64,000 bases of DNA from Azolla caroliniana (GCA_043228905.1 JBHGNT010000003.1:24986001-25050000); one strand, 5' to 3'. Counted from the stretch's first letter, positions 36,250 to 51,592 are shown. The notes: generated from the letters alone by a model not told the origin. Numbers and translations are program-made.

Positions 36250-38900
36250 ATGCAATGTGAGATGAAAACCAACTTAACGACCAAGCATCTCAGAATCCAA
36301 GAAATGATCTGTCATTCAAAATATCTCAATCATGGCTCATCCAAGGTATATCTTACATACTCCTTCCCCAACTTCCATGGTCAAGAGGATCACCATGCTA
36401 GTCATGAATTCAAGTATTCCCATTATTACCATCTAGGTTGCCCCATAATCTACTTAGGAGCCACCATATGGTCACACTTGTGGTGATTACACACATTCTT
36501 ATGCCTCTGCCATTGGGCTACAATCATCGACTCCTATAGCAAAGTGGCGATATTCTTTCTATCAAGTGCTCCATCATCGCAGATTTGTGGAGATTTCTTT
36601 AAGGTCAATGATGTTTGCAAACTGGGTTTTGAACTTTCGAACTTGGGGTATAGTTAGTTCCAATATTTTTATTGCTATGTTTACAACTTGAGAAGTTATG
36701 TACCAATGTTTACAACTAGTTGTGATGACAATTGGTGCTCTACCTTCCTAGAATAGCCACCCACATGTATGGCTTAACACTCTGATGTTCACATGACTTT
36801 ACAACTAGTTACCCCGAATTCACTAGTGGCCTTAGATTCATAAGTTTGTGGAAGGAAATGTTTGCATTTTGCATCATATGTTGTCGGTCTAAGATGTCTC
36901 CCCATCACCGATATGGATTGTTTCAAGCATTCCTGATTCCAAACAGTCTATGGATTGCATTGCAAAATCTCGAGATTTCCAAAATTTTCGATGCTATTCT
37001 AACAGTGGTGGATCGATTCACCTAGAGTACATATATCCTTTCCATGCACCAAGGCTATCAATAATAAAGGAGCAGTTCATTTACTCCCGTGAGAAGTATT
37101 AGTGATGTCTCTCTTCAAGATATCACCCACAAGGTAATCCCAAACTGAGTGTACAAATTAAACATCAGACAAGTATCTTCATTGTTTCATCATGACAACC
37201 AACATGATGATTTAGTTGACTTATTGCATTTTGCGTGCTTGGTCGAAGTATTTCACTCTGTTCCTTCATTGAACGTGTTCCATATTTTGCAAACTCAAAT
37301 GATCATCCTCATTGGATGATCCTTGAGTGTCCAAAAGTCTCCAAGCATCATGTTTCTAAGGAACATCTAGTTCAAATCCGTGAGCTTCAAAACTAAGCTT
37401 TATCATGATTTGTGTTATGCTTAAGCCACCCACAAGTTTGCTGCAAATTGTCATTGCCTAGATTTCTTCTAGATCATAAGCCAAAGTTCCAAGCGGGGAT
37501 CACACGAGGCTATTACAATATAATGTGCAGGTTATTGGTCCCTATGATTAGTTAGCAATAACATTCCATTTTTTCTGAATCTTAGCTTACATAATAATGT
37601 CTTTGTCTAGTGTTCCATTTGCCATTTTTGGAGCCTTATGCAGCATAGTCAAGTGAAGAGCATGCATTTTGATGTTACATGGTGATCAATGATCATAACG
37701 AAGTTCAAACTTCTATATACAAAGAGAAGTGACATGATACATGTATGTTGTTGACACTTTTCCTCAGAATACTAGTGCTTGGAAAATTGAAGGTTAGAAT
37801 ATGTCAAAGTATGTAGATAACATGATAGTATCTTCATTCCAAAATTTGACTTATGTCCTAATCTACCATGCTATAGCAATGTTACCAACTTATCTCGCAA
37901 CACAACAAATGTTGTTTCTACGATGTGGTGTGGGCATAGTGATAACCACAAGATTCCCATTTAGGATCTTGAAGGATTGATCCACATACACTAGTGTATC
38001 ATACCTAGCCTATTGGAATAGAATATTTTGAGCCACTCTTAGGAATCAATCATTATGAAACACCCTTTTTATTGTGTCCTGTGGAATTGATACATTGGAG
38101 TTCACTAGCCATGCATACAATGCTGCATACACCAAGAGAACATCTCCCGTTGTTGTGTAGAGGATTTTTTAGTTCTCGATGGTCTATTTCTTCGTCAATA
38201 GGAGATTGATGTCCTTGATTCTCATTGAGAATGGAGCTCATAAATTCCTCACGTGCCTAGTGCTACGGTTCTTTCTACCACTCCTAGGGGCCCAAAAGTC
38301 CTATAATGATCCTTTAGGTGGTAGTGATAGCACTTCATGCTTATTATCTAGAACTTGCTTTGATTATAGGTCAAGTCTTCTCTTCAACTCTTTGCTCCAA
38401 CCATACTCTATGTCTTCCTTGGACAATTCACACACATTGTACTCGTTGCAACCTCATCCCAACAAATCTTGTGGCCAAGAATTGTTCCATAATGTCTTTG
38501 ATGCCATTGTACCCTCTAGTAAACATTTGTTGAGAACCATTAGCTAGCCATTGTTCACATGAGTATGATGATTTGGACCTTTAGATCCGAGATTCGAGCT
38601 TTTTTAGTTCTTTCAGTTGATGAATGATGGCCTCAAACTTGTTAATGCAACTAGAGACCAAGTCCAAATCCTTCATCCCAATTTCATACAACCTATGCAT
38701 CATATAGATATTGTTTGAGGCTATATTTTTCAACTAATCACATATCACATCCCAATATTTCATTCTAGTGGCAGTTCTATTTTGTGATTTAACTTAACGA
38801 TCTTCCTAGCTAATCATGTGTTCTGTACTAGAGGAACTAGGCATGGAATCATGGTAGTTGGTCTTATAACCATATGAAACTTCTTTCAGTTGGGTAAAAT
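36250..38900 (-). mobile_element. Very decayed Ty3/gypsy-type pol relic
   Basis: Minus-strand fragments resemble the RT-RNaseH linker (DQSFKILNGNL, ~37950-37985) and RNase H (FVMIIDH, like FTVYTDH, ~37680-37705). There is no intact ORF and the boundaries are uncertain. Confidence 0.4.
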
Positions 38901-41900
38901 TCTAGAGTAAATGGACTTCTTGAATGTATTATGGCTACCCCACAAATGATCTATGTATTACCATATTACCTTCCAAAAAACACTATGATTGTCTCTACAT
39001 GCTTGATATATATAGTTCTCAAACAATCCAAACCCTATCTATACTTTTTCTTTGAATTTCTAGTTTGTGGAGTGTATCCGAACTTTAGGTCCCTATCCCA
39101 TTATGCATTTGTTGTCGGTTTTCACCTTTTCTTGAGTTTCCCACATGTGATATAATTTATTATAATTGGAAAAGTGTGTCTGTGCATGGCAAGCGCCCAA
39201 AGAAGACGAAAATATTCTCTATTTTCTAAGGTACACTAATGTAATCACTAAAATAGAATTCCGTACTATTATTGCCAACAATTGAGTGGTTGAATGTGTA
39301 TACACATGTTTCATTATGGCAAAGATTAATTATTTTATAACATATCATTTATCTTCTAGTGGGAACCATATTTTATTTTAAGGCATTAATCTATGTAAAG
39401 GGGTACTACCAAGTGAATAGCTCTAGAACAAACCCAAATGAACATAAACAAAAACTTTAGGTGCCAAGTCTTCATGACACCCTCGTCAAAAATTGAACCA
39501 TGGTCACTTACCATTCTTTTGAGGAAAAACAATGCCCTTATAAATCCTAATGTAATGCAATTTATTAATGTTAAGAATTCAAGTCCTAATTGTCAAGAAT
39601 GCTTGTTATTTATAGTTTAGATAAGTTTTGGTCAAGAAACATGATATTGATCAATAAGAAAAAACTTGGTGACAAAAGTAGGTATCTAGCATGTTTGTAT
39701 ACCAATGTCTCATGGCCTACGGCTATTGAATGTGAAGTGATGAAAGGAAACACATTGTATTGCATCCTTTCATATCCTCAAATGTGTACAAGAAAAGTTG
39801 GTACCTAATGTATTTTTCTAATAGTATCTCATGGCCTACAACCATCGAATCTAAAGTGAGAGAGGGTAATACATCGTATCATTCATAACTTTCATGTTCA
39901 ATTGATTCGGAAAAGCCCATATGTTTTCCAACTCATTCTCTATCATCAATGACTATCTTTTGACAAAGGTTGACTTATTTACGTATGTTAAGAAGGATGC
40001 CCTCTTTCGAAAAATATGGATAAATTGTTAAGAGGGTGTATCAATTGATTAATCAATAGTAACATACAAGTTTATTTCTTTCATGGAGCTAGCAGGACTT
40101 GCCCCACTTTAGAGAAAGAGAGTACATAAGACAAATCTACAAACACATCAAACATTCTTGAACTGGATGGACTCATCTCGATACCATTCATCTTTTTATG
40201 TGCAAAATACATTTTGAGTCTTGACTCATTTTTAAGGAATGCTACATATTTTCATGTGATTTTTTGTATAGACCTTGAAGGAATAAACGTATTGTCTCTT
40301 CCTTTTGTGCAATGTTATAAAAAAATAGTGCTTCAATATGAAGACATTTAAACCTTGACACTAATTATTAGTATTCGCCAACCCTATGCAACTTAAAGAA
40401 TGAGAAACAAGTCGGACAATTTCGTCCCATTCGCCTACTAACTAACATTGAAAATGAAAACATTCTTCCACTTGAAAATGCTTGGAATTGAGCTTTTACG
40501 TTCTATATGTGATTGCATTGGAAATTGATACATTCTTCCACCTTGAAAGGTTAAAATATCGTCGTTCTATCTCTAGGGACTACTTAAATCAACCTTCTAC
40601 AAAAGTTTCCATAAACTTTATAGCCCCTCTCGAAGATATTCTCTTGATGTGACATTTTATTATCATCATGATCGTAAGCAATCTAAATGTTTTTTGCTTG
40701 TTTACTTGACTTACCTATATTCCTTCGGTTTGAATGATATCGTACGCTTTGAGAAAACTCAAATGTCAACATGGATCTGATCTTGAGCTTATGTTAATGG
40801 GATATAGTTTTAATAATAATCAATGATACAAGTTCCATTATTAATGTCAACACTAGAAACATTTAAAATTGTGTCCTCATGCATTAATCCAGGAACAAAA
40901 TCTAAGGGGATCATGTGACACAAAATCGTATACAAATTTATACTATTTAAATTTGAAATGGCTTTCCAGTTGTAATGGGGAAAGAACGCGGATTCAAACG
41001 TTCAGAAACAATTTGTTAATCATTTTAGTCTAGTAATTAAAAACCCCATTTTAGGCCTTCAAATATGGTTATCCACCATTGAAATTATTCGCGTAAATGG
41101 ATAAATTTTTGACACTTCACCGCAAATGTGCATGACACCTTACCCGACGGAAGTATGATACATATTTGACTATGTATTATTTGTTTCCACATCAATTAAA
41201 CAATGGATGATGCATGGAAACTTATTCCTCGAAGTTATCATCCAAAAACAAGTGAGTTTTTTTATAAAGAGTCACATGTCTTTTCCAAGAGAGTAACTAG
41301 GCTATAAAGTTCAAAAATATGAGGTTGAAAATGCAAAGACACAACACATACATTACTTCAAACATGAAACTCGAGTTCTTGAACGTAGAGCTAAAGTGTG
41401 TTTCCGTAGCACTAGAATGTTCTAGAATTTAGTATCATGAGCCCAAGGATTGTTCCATTACAAATTTGTCAAATTTCCATCTTTGTGAGAGAAGTTTAGT
41501 TCTTAGAGAGTTTTTCGAGGTAGCAAATCACTTGATAATATATGGTTTGAAAAATATGTGAGATGTGTTTCTAGGGAAATTTCCATGTATGTCTAGTAAC
41601 TTAAGCATGGCAAATCACCCAACATACCAAAATTCGAAATGGAAAAGTAAGGCCGAAAAATGGTAACAATATTTGAACTTGAAAGTTAACCTATTCTAGA
41701 AAGATCACATAAGAACTTTTATAGGTTTTGTGGGCTCATTTCATACATATTTTCAAACAATGGATGAATGGTTTACTTTTACATGACAATGGTACAATGG
41801 TCAGTCGACGCCATGGACATTATAGAATTTGTGAGATACAATAGTCCTCGAACGCTAATTTTTACCCTTTGTTGTTTTCAAATGGATTCTCTAACTCAGA

Positions 41901-43904
41901 GCGGTGGCCTACTATTTTTTATTGTTACTTTGATAACTGAAGATGGATACTATTTATGATTAATGTAGAACAATTCTCCTTAGCAAATGGTATATGACTG
42001 GCATTAGACATTGCGGAATGGCAACAAGTGTGTAGCCTTCCATAATTCATGGAAATATTAGAGAAAATTGAAGGTATGCATGCTTCAATGTAGGCACTCC
42101 TTGTTTCATGGGCAGAGATGCATTTTGAAACTTTTGTGTTACAAATTTGGGAGTGTTTTGGCAAACTAGAAGCAAGAGAAAAGGCTTTGCTCATTGGGAT
42201 TTGAATATTTGAGTTGACCTCTAACATAGATTCTTAAAGTACATGGCATTTATTATGTGTTGAATTAGATGCTAGAAAAACAAGCATACACATAATTACT
42301 TGTAGATGTGTTGCTCTTAGAGGAAACCAATTTGGAATAGGTATTATTCCATGGTACATTTTATTGTTGATATTCTATTCCAAGAAATGGTTGAAACTTA
42401 TGAAATAGTGAGGGATGAATTGTAATGAAGGAGATTTTGCGAGGATTGAAAGCCTTTATTGGAATGCACTAGTTTGAGAACCTCTAGCCTAATATTGTTG
42501 GCAACCTAACATATCTTAAATATACTAGTACCCTTGTGCTTCAATTGAAAATGCTCTTCGTGAAGATTGGCACCTTTTCTCTAATCTTGACAAAAAATAT
42601 TTACAATGATTTCTAAGGTGATCCCTAGGATGAGTGAGATATGAGATAAATGTTGTGTGAAACATGAAAAAACGTTTTGTGAAGTTTAAAATAAGAAAAA
42701 CATCATTGTCATTGAAGGAGTAAGTATTCCTTTGGACATGCTTTCTTGGTGTTTAAATTAAACTTGCCACTAATATGCGACATGGACTTATTAAATCAAT
42801 CGATATTTCATCTTAGATGCTATGAGCTTGTCCATAAATAATTGCGTAAATACAACAGTTCACTCAATACGTCTTATTGTGATCTTCCATCCAGTTTGGA
42901 AGTTTTCAATCATTAATTCTGCTCCATACCTTCTAGCCCTGCCATCATCAAACATTTATTTGCATGGGCAACAAACAAAGGATTCCAAAAACAACTAAAA
43001 AATCACGATACTTCATTGCACAAACATCCATATAGTGTTTACTAAACACTGCTTCATCAAACTTTCGAAATAGTTGCATTGTGAACATGAAGGACATATC
43101 CACATGTTCCATCTTATTGTTAAACATAACCATGCACATTCATGTGTTCCCATATCGTTATTTAACACAGGCATGCATGAGACTCGAGCCCTTAGTTCAA
43201 TGTGGTGTAACCAAAGACTGCTTGGGCACAAATACCCAGGTCCCACATCATCCATGAACTATTAAAGGGATAATACTAAAAAACCCATGGTTCATAGCAT
43301 AATAAAAATTTATTTGGAAAAACTCTTTATAAGAAAATTTTATTTATTGCTAGAGCAATATGGAAAAGAATGTTGAGAATTTTGTATCCTCTTTATACTA
43401 CACCAATCCATTGTTTGGAAGAGGACAAGGTTTGGTCTACGATATCTTCTTTAGTAGTTTGGGTATTATAGAAGGCAAGATTTAAGTGTGTATTTCAAAA
43501 AGTCAAACAGAATGTAGTTGAGTTAGTCAAGGAGATATGGTTGATGCTCTTGCATACTCTAAGAGGTCAATATGAGGCAATACTTGGTGAGCTTGGTGTT
43601 GTGTTTCGTAAGCAACAACATTTTCGAGAAATTTGGAAAAAGGCAGAGGTCTTCACCTTTTTGGGGAGAGAATAAAGTGGAGATAGTCTCATTGCATATG
43701 CACATGCACACTTAGCCATAGCCAATGCATACTCGCCTAGGTAGGTTAGGTCTAACAAACTATCCAATATGAACTCGAGCTAAGCTAGATTTGGGCTCAT
43801 GAGACAATGCACAATTCATAGTTGTTTCAATTGTGCTCTAACATATTTTGTTAATCAATTATCACAATCTGTTATATGATGTAATCGTGCACTTTGCATC
43901 ATCA

Positions 43905-45233
43905 TGTCACATTCTAGACTCGAACCTCTGACTTTTAAACACATAGTACATTGTGTTGTGTTAACCATATGGAAACTCTTGTAATCTGTCCACAATCGAT
44001 TGTGAACTTGTATATATTGTAGAGTCTAGTGTATAGTACATTCGAGAATATTCTAGTCGTTAGTATATTCTAGAATTATTCTGTGGTATATTCTAAATAG
44101 GTATATTCTCGAAATATTTCTCGAGTATATTCTAGAGATATTCAATCGCGGAAACTATATAAATACTTGTAACATCCTTGGTCCCTTGTGTTGTTGTTCA
44201 TGTTCCAGTTCCCGGTGAGGACCACACATGGTCGTTCACGTCCGTTGGTGGTTGTGTTCCAACTCTCGGCGAGGACCGACATGGTCTCTCATGCCCGTTG
44301 GTGTTCGTGTTCCCCGTGAGGACCACACATGGTATTCGTGTTCCAGTTCTCGACGAGGACCGCACATGGTCGCTCATGCCCATTGGTGTTCGTGCTCCCC
44401 GTGAGGACCACACATTGTCGCTCACGCCCGTTGGTATTCATGTTCCAGTCCTGGGCAAGGACCGCACATGGTCGCTCATGCCCGTTGGTGTTCAATACCT
44501 CGTCTTCCAGAAGGGTTACTTCGTGTCTAGGATTTACAAAATACTTTGGAGGTGGTCTAAGATTTTCATCGCACATGGTCACTCATGCCCGTTGGTGTTC
44601 AATACCTCGTCTTCTAGAAGGGTTACTTCGTGTCTAGGATTTACAAAATACTTTGGAGATGGTCTAAGATTTTCATCAACATTACCCCCTTAAGCCAAGG
44701 ACCAATTTGGGAAGGTGGCGTAAGAGGGGGGATAATGTCACATTCTAGACTCGAACCTCTGACTTTTAAACACACAATACATTGTGTTGTGTTAACCATA
44801 TCGAAACTCTTGTGATCTGTCCACATTTAATTGTGAACTTGTATATATTGTAGAGTCTAGTGTATAGTACATTCGAGAATATTCTAGTCGTTAGTATATT
44901 CTAGAATTATTCTGTGGTATATTCTAAATAGGTATATTCTCGAAATATTTCTCAAGTATATTCTAGATATATTCAATCTCGGAAATTGTATAAATACTTG
45001 TAACATCCTTGGTCCCTTTCAAGCGAGTCAACACCAGTCATTGACACATCAATCTAGTATTCTCGTTTCGCCTCATCTTTGTCTCCTTGATCTTTATTTC
45101 TGTCTTCATGTCCTCATCTCGCTCACAACATCTAGAGTTCCTAGCCTCGTCACATCGAGCTCCAAGTTCATCCGCCGCTGGTAGACCCATCATCTGTGCT
45201 CCGTCCTAGTTCGCGCTTGGTGTGTCTGTGACA
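43905..45233 (+). mobile_element. Internally deleted LTR retrotransposon with 5-bp TSD (CATCA)
   Basis: Termini TGTCAC...GTGACA with CATCA at 43900-43904 and 45234-45238. The partial 5' LTR 43905-44187 matches 44736-45018 (about 12 mismatches in 283 bp by eye). The full 3' LTR 44736-45233 is preceded by the polypurine tract 'aagaggggggataa'. Confidence 0.93.
44190..44680. repeat. GC-rich internal tandem repeats of the LTR element
   Basis: About six 'gaggacc(g/a)cacatggtcgctcatgcccgttggtgttcgtgttcc' units, plus a ~108-bp duplication (44463-44568 / 44571-44676). Confidence 0.9.
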
Positions 45234-48200
45234 CATCACATATTGCAGTCCCATAGATGTTAAATTACTAAATACAAGCAAACATTCCAACATCATCAAA
45301 ATCATTGTCGTATAGTCCAACTTTTGATAGCATCATAGTGTATCATAATCACTATCACACACATAGATTTCTAGCATACATGGATTAAAACATTGTTATG
45401 TTTTTGTAGGGTGAGTATCATAATATGTTTTAGATCCATGAACATGAGTGAACCATTACTTTGTGTTGGCACGATGATCTTGCCAACTCTAGCACAAACT
45501 TCAAACAATGGCCATTGTCATGGTCTCCTTTTGGGTAAATGGTTTTTTCATTGCGATCAAAGGATCTCAATTTGATATCTAGCTTGGCTACATGCCCAAT
45601 TCCATCCAATTACATATTAACTCATTCACTTTAATTACAATATTGCTTTAACATGAGCAACATATATAAAGGATAATCTCAAATTTGTTGTATTATTCGT
45701 GTTCCAATATCCTGCCTCTATAAGACAAATGACATACTAAGACTTTAGAATCTTAAAATAAGTTTTATGTTCGTGATCAATAGGTTCACAAATCCTTGGC
45801 GTTATTGTATGTTTAAACCATTCCACCTACATACTTGTGAGCCGTTGTTGAACCCATGATGGTTTTTCGATAGGTTTCACGAATCTTTATTGATGTCCTA
45901 GCTTACTGCACTACGACATGGAAGCATCTCATGGATGATCAGTTTTTGTACAAGTTATTATACCTAATGCCCTTTGAGGAGTTTTTTTTTTTTAAGTCAA
46001 GATTCACCATGGTATTAATGAAACGATGCACAAAGGCTACAAAGAATCCATACAATAAAATATAACCCTTCTACCCACTTCAATCAACATATCTAGTAGC
46101 AGACGCCCTCATCTAGTATCCTTCCACGACAGGGGGGTGGAAAAAGCTTACTTGGTGGAGTAGTGGGTGAGTGTGCATACATGTGCACATGCAAGGCTAG
46201 ATTTTGACTCATAAGAGCCTCCTAGAAACTCTTTGTGCATTAATAATAGTTTGTGCACTTTGACTTGAGTTTCTAAATGTGCACATGCAAGGCTAGATTC
46301 ACACTAGCCACCTAGGAGCTTTTGGGTTTGCCATGATTTGGTTGGTCAAATAGTTCTCAGCTAAGTGTAGTTGTATAATACTAGCCACCTAATAACTTTA
46401 GATTACGCGAGCCTCAAATTCGTATAATCTTGGCAATGGGAAATCTATAAATGTGAGTCTAGGCTAAGATCGTAGGATAATTTTGGGCTTCACATCAATT
46501 AGGGTTGTCGTCCTATTCAGAATACATCATTAGCATCACTAGCTTAGTAACATTATGGTGACCTTACCCACCCACCATGTATTGAGCCTATAACATACCT
46601 CAATTGTGTACCATGTATTGAGCCTATTGTCACATAAACAACACTTTATGCTCTTGGACATATCCCTCCCTTTCTTGACTTGTTTTCACTAAATTTCCAA
46701 ACACCAATTATGTACAAATCTCTACACATCTTTTTAGCCTCTCTATTATATGGCACTCAGTACTATTATTACTAGCTTAGTGAAACAATATATCTCTGTT
46801 TTACAAATATTTTTTAGTAGCTCATAACCATGTCTCGTAGCTTCAACACCTACTATAGCAATTTCCTTACAATTCAGTGTGTTGCATGTTTTTTTTTAAA
46901 CTATACGACCAATGATTGTTCGCTAGTAGGCATGGGACATCAAAGTAAGGAATTAAATATTATCAAACAAATTCCTAATTAGTTGAATGAATGTGAACGT
47001 AAAATACATGGCTCATATTTTTCGTAAAGTGCACAAGAAATATTGTCAACACATGCTTTTATTTTTACAAGCTAAGTGTTCATGTAGATAGCAAATAAAC
47101 TTTTGTTGGAAGACAACATGCTGAAAGTTGGATATATGTAGGTGCTTAAAACCTAAGTGAGAAGGAGAATCATAGAACGAGATATACGGATCAAATGAAT
47201 TGAATGATTTTTTAACTTTTGCCTCTGTAATGACCTCTCCACTTTGTCATCATAATGTTCAATTTCATGTGTTGTACCCGAGAAAAGTGATATGTTGCAC
47301 AAATTTGACACTCAACCAAATCGAGGTGATTATCTCTTAATTCTCTTGTAATGTTCATCCAATTGGTATGGGCTTGTTCATGAATGCATGTTTATTAAGT
47401 TATCATGTCATGTACCAATTGATTAAGCTTGTAACATTTCTCATAAAATTACCATGCATTTATGATATGTTCAGTATATTTTTCTAATCATATATTTAGT
47501 GTGAACGAACGAACAATCTCACATGTGGCCATTACATAATGAATTCATCAAATAAAATGTTTGCCACATGCAACTTCAGTCAATAATGTTTTTTGTCAAT
47601 CTCTCTGTTTTTAGTTACTTTATATAAAAATCTGTTTCTCTCTCTTCCTTTACATAAACATTTGGTAGATATAAGCGTGCACATCTTTTTTCCACTTCAT
47701 AGCATGCAAGCACAATTCAATACCCAAATTCTACGATCTTATCAACAATTAGTCCGTCATCTCCAATATGAAGTTGTGTACATTCATTATCCTACTCATT
47801 TACTTCATTTTTCTTTTCTTAGCCAAATGATGCTATGTATGAGAAACAAGTTCATTCATTAATAACCGTTTTCAATCTACCTTAGCAAGATGCAATTACT
47901 AAGGCGTATAATTTATATTGCATGAATTCATTCTTGCACATGAATTTTCTTTGGTGAGCAATTCATTGGCGAACTTTTAATCCTAGAGATGAGTTTTTGC
48001 GACAATGACAATTTTTTGACTGAGCATTCAAAAGTGTGAATTGTCAACTTGTTCCATCCAAAACATCAACTTGTTTTTCCAAAAAAAACTTCTTCCATTA
48101 GCTAAATTTTTTTATAGATGAGAGTGTTACATACAAATCCCTTGCGATAGTTCCATCTTATGTGGGTGCCCACTGACTCAAGAAAGGGAGAGGACGACCA

Positions 48201-49633
48201 TTGCTGGAGAAGGCTAATCGTTGTCTTTCAATTCCATCTTTCAAAACATCAACTTCAATCTGTATATTGTATAACTCATAAAAATTTCATTGGAACTTGA
48301 TATTTTAAACATAGAATCAAAAAACAATCTAAAGTAACTTTCTTAGATTTAAGCTTGGCTAGGATAAGTATTTGTCTAACAATATATTCAAGTCTATAGA
48401 TCCTCAATTGGCAAATTGATTAACCATTGAACATGTTTTTGAATGTTTTTTTTTTTCAAGAACATGTATTTGAATGTTTATTTAAATTATGTTTGTTTGG
48501 GTGACTAAGCAATCAATCATCTCAAACTAAAACATACCATTTAACATCCTTAACTCTAAGTTCATTACACTAAATTGCATTTTATTATATGTACAATCAC
48601 CTCACGAGATTTTACAGTTGTACAAGTTATGTAGTCATGACTCATGACAACTACGAGCATTACATGGACACAATTCAAGAATTGATATTATACACATTGA
48701 TTTGAGGAATGGGTATTTATTGTAAATTAATCACGAAAGAAAGGTTGATCGTGTACCATGGTATTAATGCATGCATGTGCAATACGCGAACTATAGCTCC
48801 TTCATGGTATTGTGACAACTAAGGTCCATGCTGATACAACAAGATATTTAAGAACTTTGATAAAACGTTAAAATAGTTTTGGAGTTAATTGACACAAATA
48901 TATATGTGATATGTTTTTGCTCTTCCGCTAAGTAACAAGAAGCTAGTCCCAACGATTCAATAGTCAAGTTGATAAAATACTCACAACCAAAGCCAAAGGG
49001 GAAGTCTCTAGTAAGAAACACCATACCCAATATAGATTGAAAGAGGATATTCTAGAGAAGTGTGGGTTTTGCGGGTGGGTTTTGCATAGTAATATCGTTG
49101 GAGAGACAAACAAAGCATTAGTGGCAAAGAAACACTATGAGGCATTTGTCTCTTGTTTGCAAATGTCATGATATGATTAACCTTTACAACATTTGACATG
49201 TATGTTCTTTTTACTATGTACTACTTTTAGACAACACAATTTGAACTCCACTATGTACGAGATGTTCAATCTTCATCAATACAACTTTTGGTGGAACAAA
49301 CTCTTATAGGGACAATCCTTGTAATTGTTGGATGAAGCAAATAGTGCACCTTCTAAGATGAAATAGAAGTATTTGATGTATATAGATGATTATCTCAAGT
49401 ATGTTGTCCAAATGGAAGATAGGCGGATCAATATTAGTCAAGAAACTTTCTCATCTTTTGAGATTGGGAATTGAGTTACGCATTATTAAATCTGGCCTCT
49501 TGTGTTAGGGAATTGGTTTGACAGTTATGGTTGGCTTATCAGAGATAAAATTGTTTCTAATTGTTTGAGCTAAGTGCATTATTTAATATTAACCATCCTT
49601 TTGATGTTTTTTTGCTACCCTATGGGGAAAATG

Positions 49634-49636
<3 letters not shown>

Positions 49637-49666
<30 letters not shown>

Positions 49667-49676
49667 TGTATGTATC
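49637..49676. repeat. (ATGT)n microsatellite
   Basis: Perfect tetranucleotide run. Confidence 0.95.
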
Positions 49677-51592
49677 ATGTGTGTATGTATGTATATATGG
49701 AATCCTAATATCTTGAGAGGCAATGTCCTTTGGGGAATTGAGTGAATCAATGTATTTACTCCTAACAATTAAAGTTCCCTTTCCTATTTTTATGGCCATG
49801 GATTAAGTGTTCAAATACGTAATCATAACAATGATTGTGAACAACTCAAGCTTCCATGGGTTCCTATTTGAATACAATGATACCATTTCTCACAAGAAGA
49901 TTTGACGAACAAGAAGATGTTAACTACACCATGTTCACATTGCGTCGTCATGTGATTGAGATGTGAGATGCTACATAGGATATTTACATAGCTAAAAACT
50001 TTAGTATTGAATTCTAATGTAGTGTGTGACACATCTATGAACTTCTCTTACATACATGGGGAACTTGCAAATGGATGCATGCATTAAGTTGGAAGTGCAT
50101 GTTCACTAGTTATTATCACTTCAATAATTAGTTCTTGCTACAATCAATATATCATGTATTAAACATCTAAAATTTTTACGTTTTTGTCGTATATGAGGTG
50201 AAAATAATACAAATGAAGCAAGCATTAAAGCATTTCAATTTGTGTGAGTGTGATGCATGTGTTTCTATTTTTAACAGGGATTAAAGCGTGTAACTTTTGT
50301 GTGAGTATTATGCATCCATCTCAAGTTTATGGAGATCTTGCCATCACCGTCAAGCCAAATGTTTAAGAACCTCAATGAATATTTGTGTGGACTCTTGACA
50401 TGGAAAAGGACATACTTTACAAGAGTGAATCATGAATTTAGACAAGATATATTAACCTTTGTTGTATGCGCGTTTGTTTGTAGGCATGCTATATAAAAAA
50501 ATGCTAACTTTCTACGTTTACTTTACATGCATATTTTTATAAAGAAGACGTGCGCCAATCTTCAAGTAACCCTTGGGCATCGAGTACATCTTTTTACAAG
50601 TCTCAGGAAAGTTTTCATGTTTGAGTCATTTACAAGGCACTACATATCTTTTCACATTTTAACTCTCCAATTTAGTGGCATCCATTATGTCTATCATAAC
50701 CCAAAGCTTCAAGTCCCACTTCCCACTAAGTGGACTCCCACCGTAACCATTCACAAAATACACTTGTTTTGATTCCAATGAGTTGTTGTAGTCATAATCG
50801 TTGAGTTGTAAAACTTGTTACCGTGTTTTGATAATATTATCTTAATTCGACAAACAAAACAATCCTAACTAGACTAGGAATATAAGGACGCATGTGAGAG
50901 CAGTTCTACCTAATAAAAATTATTGTATACTTTTCCATTGTGATTGATGATTTTTTGCTATAAACAAGCATGTAAGCCAGATTAATTTTGGACGCACATT
51001 GGACATCAATGCACATCGAAGTGGTTTGCGATGTCCACGTGGCACATTCTTTCAATCTGTGTGTCATTCTTACACAATCTTAGTAGGGAAATTACTCAAA
51101 TATGTTTATATGTTCAGTATATTAATAAAATATCCTTGTAAATTAAAATATAGTTTAGTCACCATGGTTCCTAATAAATTTTTTGACAAACTAAAGACCA
51201 ATCATCTCCCCTTTCCATTTGTTTCGATAGATTCGGTGATAATGAATTTGACACTTGGGATTGAATAGATTAATAGTAGTGTATGAGACAACTTCATTAA
51301 CGAAGTCCACATACGGATGTGTTTGTGATTGACCAACAAACTTGTCTTGTGTAAATGCAAAAAACAAAGAGCAAACTTATAGACTCAAATTATTGCCCAT
51401 TATTAAACTTGTCAATCTCTCTAGTAACATGAATTGATCTCGATTATAATGTACTGGTAGAAACTACTCTCACAAATTTATCTAATTTGATCAAAGGGTG
51501 ACCTAGTGATAGGTAAGAGAATGCGTAACAATGTGAGTTGGTTTAAGCTTTATTTGTTGAGTGTCAGAAGGCTATGGGCATTGATCAACAAT

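Noticed and set aside
39000-43850. Probable decayed transposon sequence (possible MULE, Helitron or RNase H-like fragments)
   Set aside because: I could not read any diagnostic motif, terminus or TSD with confidence, so it is left unannotated.
44178-44693. ORFs with repeated peptides, and a repeat array superficially like CRISPR
   Set aside because: These are contiguous tandem repeats inside an LTR element with no unique spacers and no cas genes, in a eukaryotic context.
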